A stretch of DNA of 64,000 bases, taken from Brevundimonas sp. (GTDB lineage Bacteria > Pseudomonadota > Alphaproteobacteria > Caulobacterales > Caulobacteraceae). The position numbers and the translations under genes were made by a program. Positions 61,886-64,000 of this stretch are shown here, piece by piece; position 1 is the stretch's first letter, and each line of letters begins with the position of its first letter. The stretch spans positions 882 to 64,881 of the forward strand of contig NZ_JBLGCI010000015.1 of the NCBI RefSeq assembly GCF_047617075.1, in the 5' to 3' direction. The notes beneath the pieces are model-generated. The model saw only the letters and a list, made by a program, of their open reading frames with translations. It was not told the DNA's origin and ran no database searches.

Positions 61886-62272
61886 ATGACTCCCGATCCT
61901 ACCGACCGCGACAAGGCCGAAATTGCCGTCGGCGCCTCAGCCGCTATTGCCGGCGCGGCGTCGGTTCTCGCTTGGGCCGCCTGCTGCGTCCTGCCGCTAG
62001 CTCTGTCCGTCGTCGGGCTTTCCTTCGCCGGCGCGGCGATGCTCGCGGGCCTGCGCCATACGCTGACCCCGATCGCCCTGCTCATCGTCGCGGTGGGCTG
62101 GCTGCTGCACTTTTGGCGCTTGCGGCGCTGCCGAACCGATGCGAGCTGCGACCGGCCATCGCGTCTGTCCTTCTGGGTTCTAGTAGTTGCGACGGCTCTT
62201 GTGGCGACGGCCTTCGTCTGGGAACCCCTGATTGAACCATTCCTCATGCTGCGCTTGGCAGCCCTCCGATGA
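61886..62272 (+). CDS. merT: MerT-like mercury transporter
   Basis: AACCVLPL Cys pair in TM1, second Cys pair CRTDASC, three TMs; AGGAG RBS. Confidence 0.75.
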   Translation: MTPDPTDRDKAEIAVGASAAIAGAASVLAWAACCVLPLALSVVGLSFAGAAMLAGLRHTLTPIALLIVAVGWLLHFWRLRRCRTDASCDRPSRLSFWVLVVATALVATAFVWEPLIEPFLMLRLAALR

Positions 62273-62487
62273 GCACGCCCGTGGTTCTGACCTCGACGCT
62301 CGTCTGTCCGCACTGCCGCCACGCCGCGACGGAGACGATGCCGACCGACGCCTGCCTCTGGTTCTACAACTGCCTCGGATGCAGGCGCCAGCTAAGGCCC
62401 CTGCCCGGAGACTGCTGCGTCTTCTGCTCCTATGGCGACACCGCCTGTCCGCCGGTTCAGGTGGATGGCAAGGGATGTTGCGGCTAG
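62269..62487 (+). CDS. GDCCVxC-domain small Cys-rich protein
   Basis: CPHC..ETMPTDAC..YNCLGC..PGDCCVFCSYG..CPP. Confidence 0.88.
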   Translation: MSTPVVLTSTLVCPHCRHAATETMPTDACLWFYNCLGCRRQLRPLPGDCCVFCSYGDTACPPVQVDGKGCCG

Positions 62488-62496
62488 GCTCAGTCC

Positions 62497-62859
62497 ATGA
62501 CCGATCACGCCACGCCGAATCTACCCTCGCGGGATTTCGAACTCACGTCGCGGTTCTATGCGGCGTTGGGCTTCGTCGAAGGCTGGCGCGACGAGGGCTG
62601 GATGATCCTCAAGCGCGGCGATCTCACGCTTGAGTTCTTTCCCTATGCCGACCTCGACCCGACGACCAGTTCGTTCAGCTGCTGCCTACATCTCGACAAC
62701 CTCGACGGCTTTTACGCCGTCTGCAAGGCCGCCGGCCTGCCCGGGCAGTGCTGGGGAGCGCCCCGGCTTCACGCGCCCGCCGTCGAAGCATCAGGACTGC
62801 GCATTGGTGCCTTGATCGACCTCGACGGGACACTGCTCCGTTTGATCCACAACGCCTAG
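62497..62859 (+). CDS. ble: Bleomycin-binding VOC protein, Ble-MBL-like
   Basis: TPNLPSRDF, GWMILKRG, LEFFPY.DLDP, SSF.CCL, EASGLRIG. Confidence 0.8.
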   Translation: MTDHATPNLPSRDFELTSRFYAALGFVEGWRDEGWMILKRGDLTLEFFPYADLDPTTSSFSCCLHLDNLDGFYAVCKAAGLPGQCWGAPRLHAPAVEASGLRIGALIDLDGTLLRLIHNA

Positions 62860-62928
62860 GATTCACGACGCGCGCTCCACTTGGACGCGAGGCTTGCTGT
62901 TCGAGCCGCCATCAGGGAGACTCTGGCG

Positions 62929-63846
62929 ATGAAGAAGAGTCTCGATCATCTGCCGCTGCGCAAGCAGGCGGAATTGCGCCGGGTGGTGGAGGTGGTTCGG
63001 GAGTCGTTCGAGGAGGCGATCTCGACGCGCCGGGCCGCGCGGCTGAAGAACGGCAATATCCTCAAGATCATCCTCTACGGATCATACGCGCGCGGCGACT
63101 GGGTGCACGATCCGGTCGGCCGCTACTTCTCCGACTTCGACCTGCTGATCGTGGTCGACCACGAAGACCTGACCGACGGCGAGTTCTGGCATGACGCCGA
63201 AAACCGGCTGATGCCCTTGGGGCCGGACATCAAGACACCGGTCAGCCTGATCGTTCACAGCCTGGACGACGTGAACGAGCAGTTGGACCGGGGTCGCTAC
63301 TTCTTCGCCGACATCGTGCGGGAGGGCGTGGTTCTGCACGACACGCCTGGCGCCAAGCTGCACAAGCCAGCGGACCTTAAGGCGCAGGTGGCGCTGGCGG
63401 AAGCCGAGCAGCATTTCGAGAAGTGGATCACCAGCGCCACCGGAGCGCAGGCTGGCGCGAAGTTTTATATCGAGATGGGAGACCGCAACTGGGCGGCCTT
63501 CCTTCTTCATCAGGCTGCTGAGCACCTTTACCACTGCATCTTGCTGGTGGTGACGCTGTATAGCGGCAAAGCGCACAACCTCGCCTTTCTACGCAAGAAG
63601 GGCGAGGCGATCGACGCGCGCCTCACGGCGGCGTGGCCGCGTGAGAGCAAGTTCGAGCGGCGCTGCTTCGAGCTGTTGCGCGAAGCATACGTCAAGGCGC
63701 GCTACTCCAAGCACTACAAGATCAGCGACGAGGAACTGGCCTGGTTGACGGAACGGGTAGAGGTGCTGCGTGGGCTGGCGGAGATGGTCTGTGAAGAGCG
63801 GCTGGTGCAACTGCGCGACGAGGTCGACGATGACGCTGGGGCTTGA
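62929..63846 (+). CDS. Fused minimal nucleotidyltransferase + HEPN protein
   Basis: ILYGSYARGD..SDFDLL (GS/DxD); AAFLLHQAAE, AHNL, LREAYVKARYS. Confidence 0.85.
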   Translation: MKKSLDHLPLRKQAELRRVVEVVRESFEEAISTRRAARLKNGNILKIILYGSYARGDWVHDPVGRYFSDFDLLIVVDHEDLTDGEFWHDAENRLMPLGPDIKTPVSLIVHSLDDVNEQLDRGRYFFADIVREGVVLHDTPGAKLHKPADLKAQVALAEAEQHFEKWITSATGAQAGAKFYIEMGDRNWAAFLLHQAAEHLYHCILLVVTLYSGKAHNLAFLRKKGEAIDARLTAAWPRESKFERRCFELLREAYVKARYSKHYKISDEELAWLTERVEVLRGLAEMVCEERLVQLRDEVDDDAGA

Positions 63847-63875
63847 TTTGAACCTACAGGGACTCGCCGAAATCC

Positions 63876-64000
63876 ATGACCGGTCATGACGGCGACCGTT
63901 GGAACGACGTCTATCGGTCGAAGACGTCCGATCAGGTCAGCTGGTTCGAGGCGACCCCGACCGCCTCGCTTGAGGCGCTGCGCCGCGTGGGCGCCGGTCC
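63876..64000 (+). CDS. Class I SAM methyltransferase, partial (cut by window edge)
   Basis: WNDVYRSK..QVSWFEATPTASL N-terminal pattern. Confidence 0.6.
   Translation, partial: MTGHDGDRWNDVYRSKTSDQVSWFEATPTASLEALRRVGAG

Larger units (their letters stand above)
28620..64000. mobile_element. Integrative element / genomic island (right end outside the window)
   Basis: att fragment, adjacent tyrosine integrase, ParB-like gene, TA/defence genes, metal-resistance cargo, gene remnants. Confidence 0.85.

Noticed and set aside
62269-62487. Selenoprotein form of GDCCVxC
   Set aside because: All positions are Cys codons; no in-frame TGA.
28874-63846. Island-wide TAG recoding or pyrrolysine use
   Set aside because: int, czcB, FTR1, parB, GDCCVxC and ble terminate at TAG in sensible positions; no pyl genes or CUA tRNA in the window.

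Overview
High-GC alphaproteobacterial chromosome segment, most likely Caulobacteraceae (Brevundimonas-like; inferred from gene content, not from a search). Positions 1-28.6 kb are mostly core and stress genes. They include SDR/ALDH genes, tRNA-Ser(GGA), msrA, DUF885, alaS, mutM, ohr, an orphan cobS and scoAB. Also present are a divergent DUF1365/FAD-oxidoreductase/cfa-like lipid-modification cluster with overlapping ECF promoters, a PatB/Ape/PatA-like O-acetylation cluster, a lipocalin and an S9 peptidase. The alaS-mutM intergenic region holds a cluster of DnaA-box-like and GANTC motifs followed by a ~370-nt, densely base-paired candidate ncRNA that I cannot assign to a known family. At 28620-28664 a displaced 3' half of tRNA-Lys(CTT) marks the att site of a tyrosine-integrase island that runs past the right edge (>35 kb). 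The island carries an unknown two-gene operon next to the integrase, a CadR/PbrR-like regulon (CDFs, czcCBA, PbrT/FTR1, lspA; three matching operators), an AbiEi/AbiEii type IV TA pair with two operator palindromes, and a RosmerTA-like pair. It also carries a long ParB-family gene with a highly structured leader, a cusCBAF module bracketed by duplicated Cys-rich copper-storage genes, an SDR-SPW-VKOR fusion, a merA-less mer-like unit, a Ble-MBL-like gene and an MNT-HEPN fusion. Three otherwise intact island genes each carry one in-frame TAG. No CRISPR array, rRNA or transposase was seen. All family assignments are from motif recognition; no database search was run.
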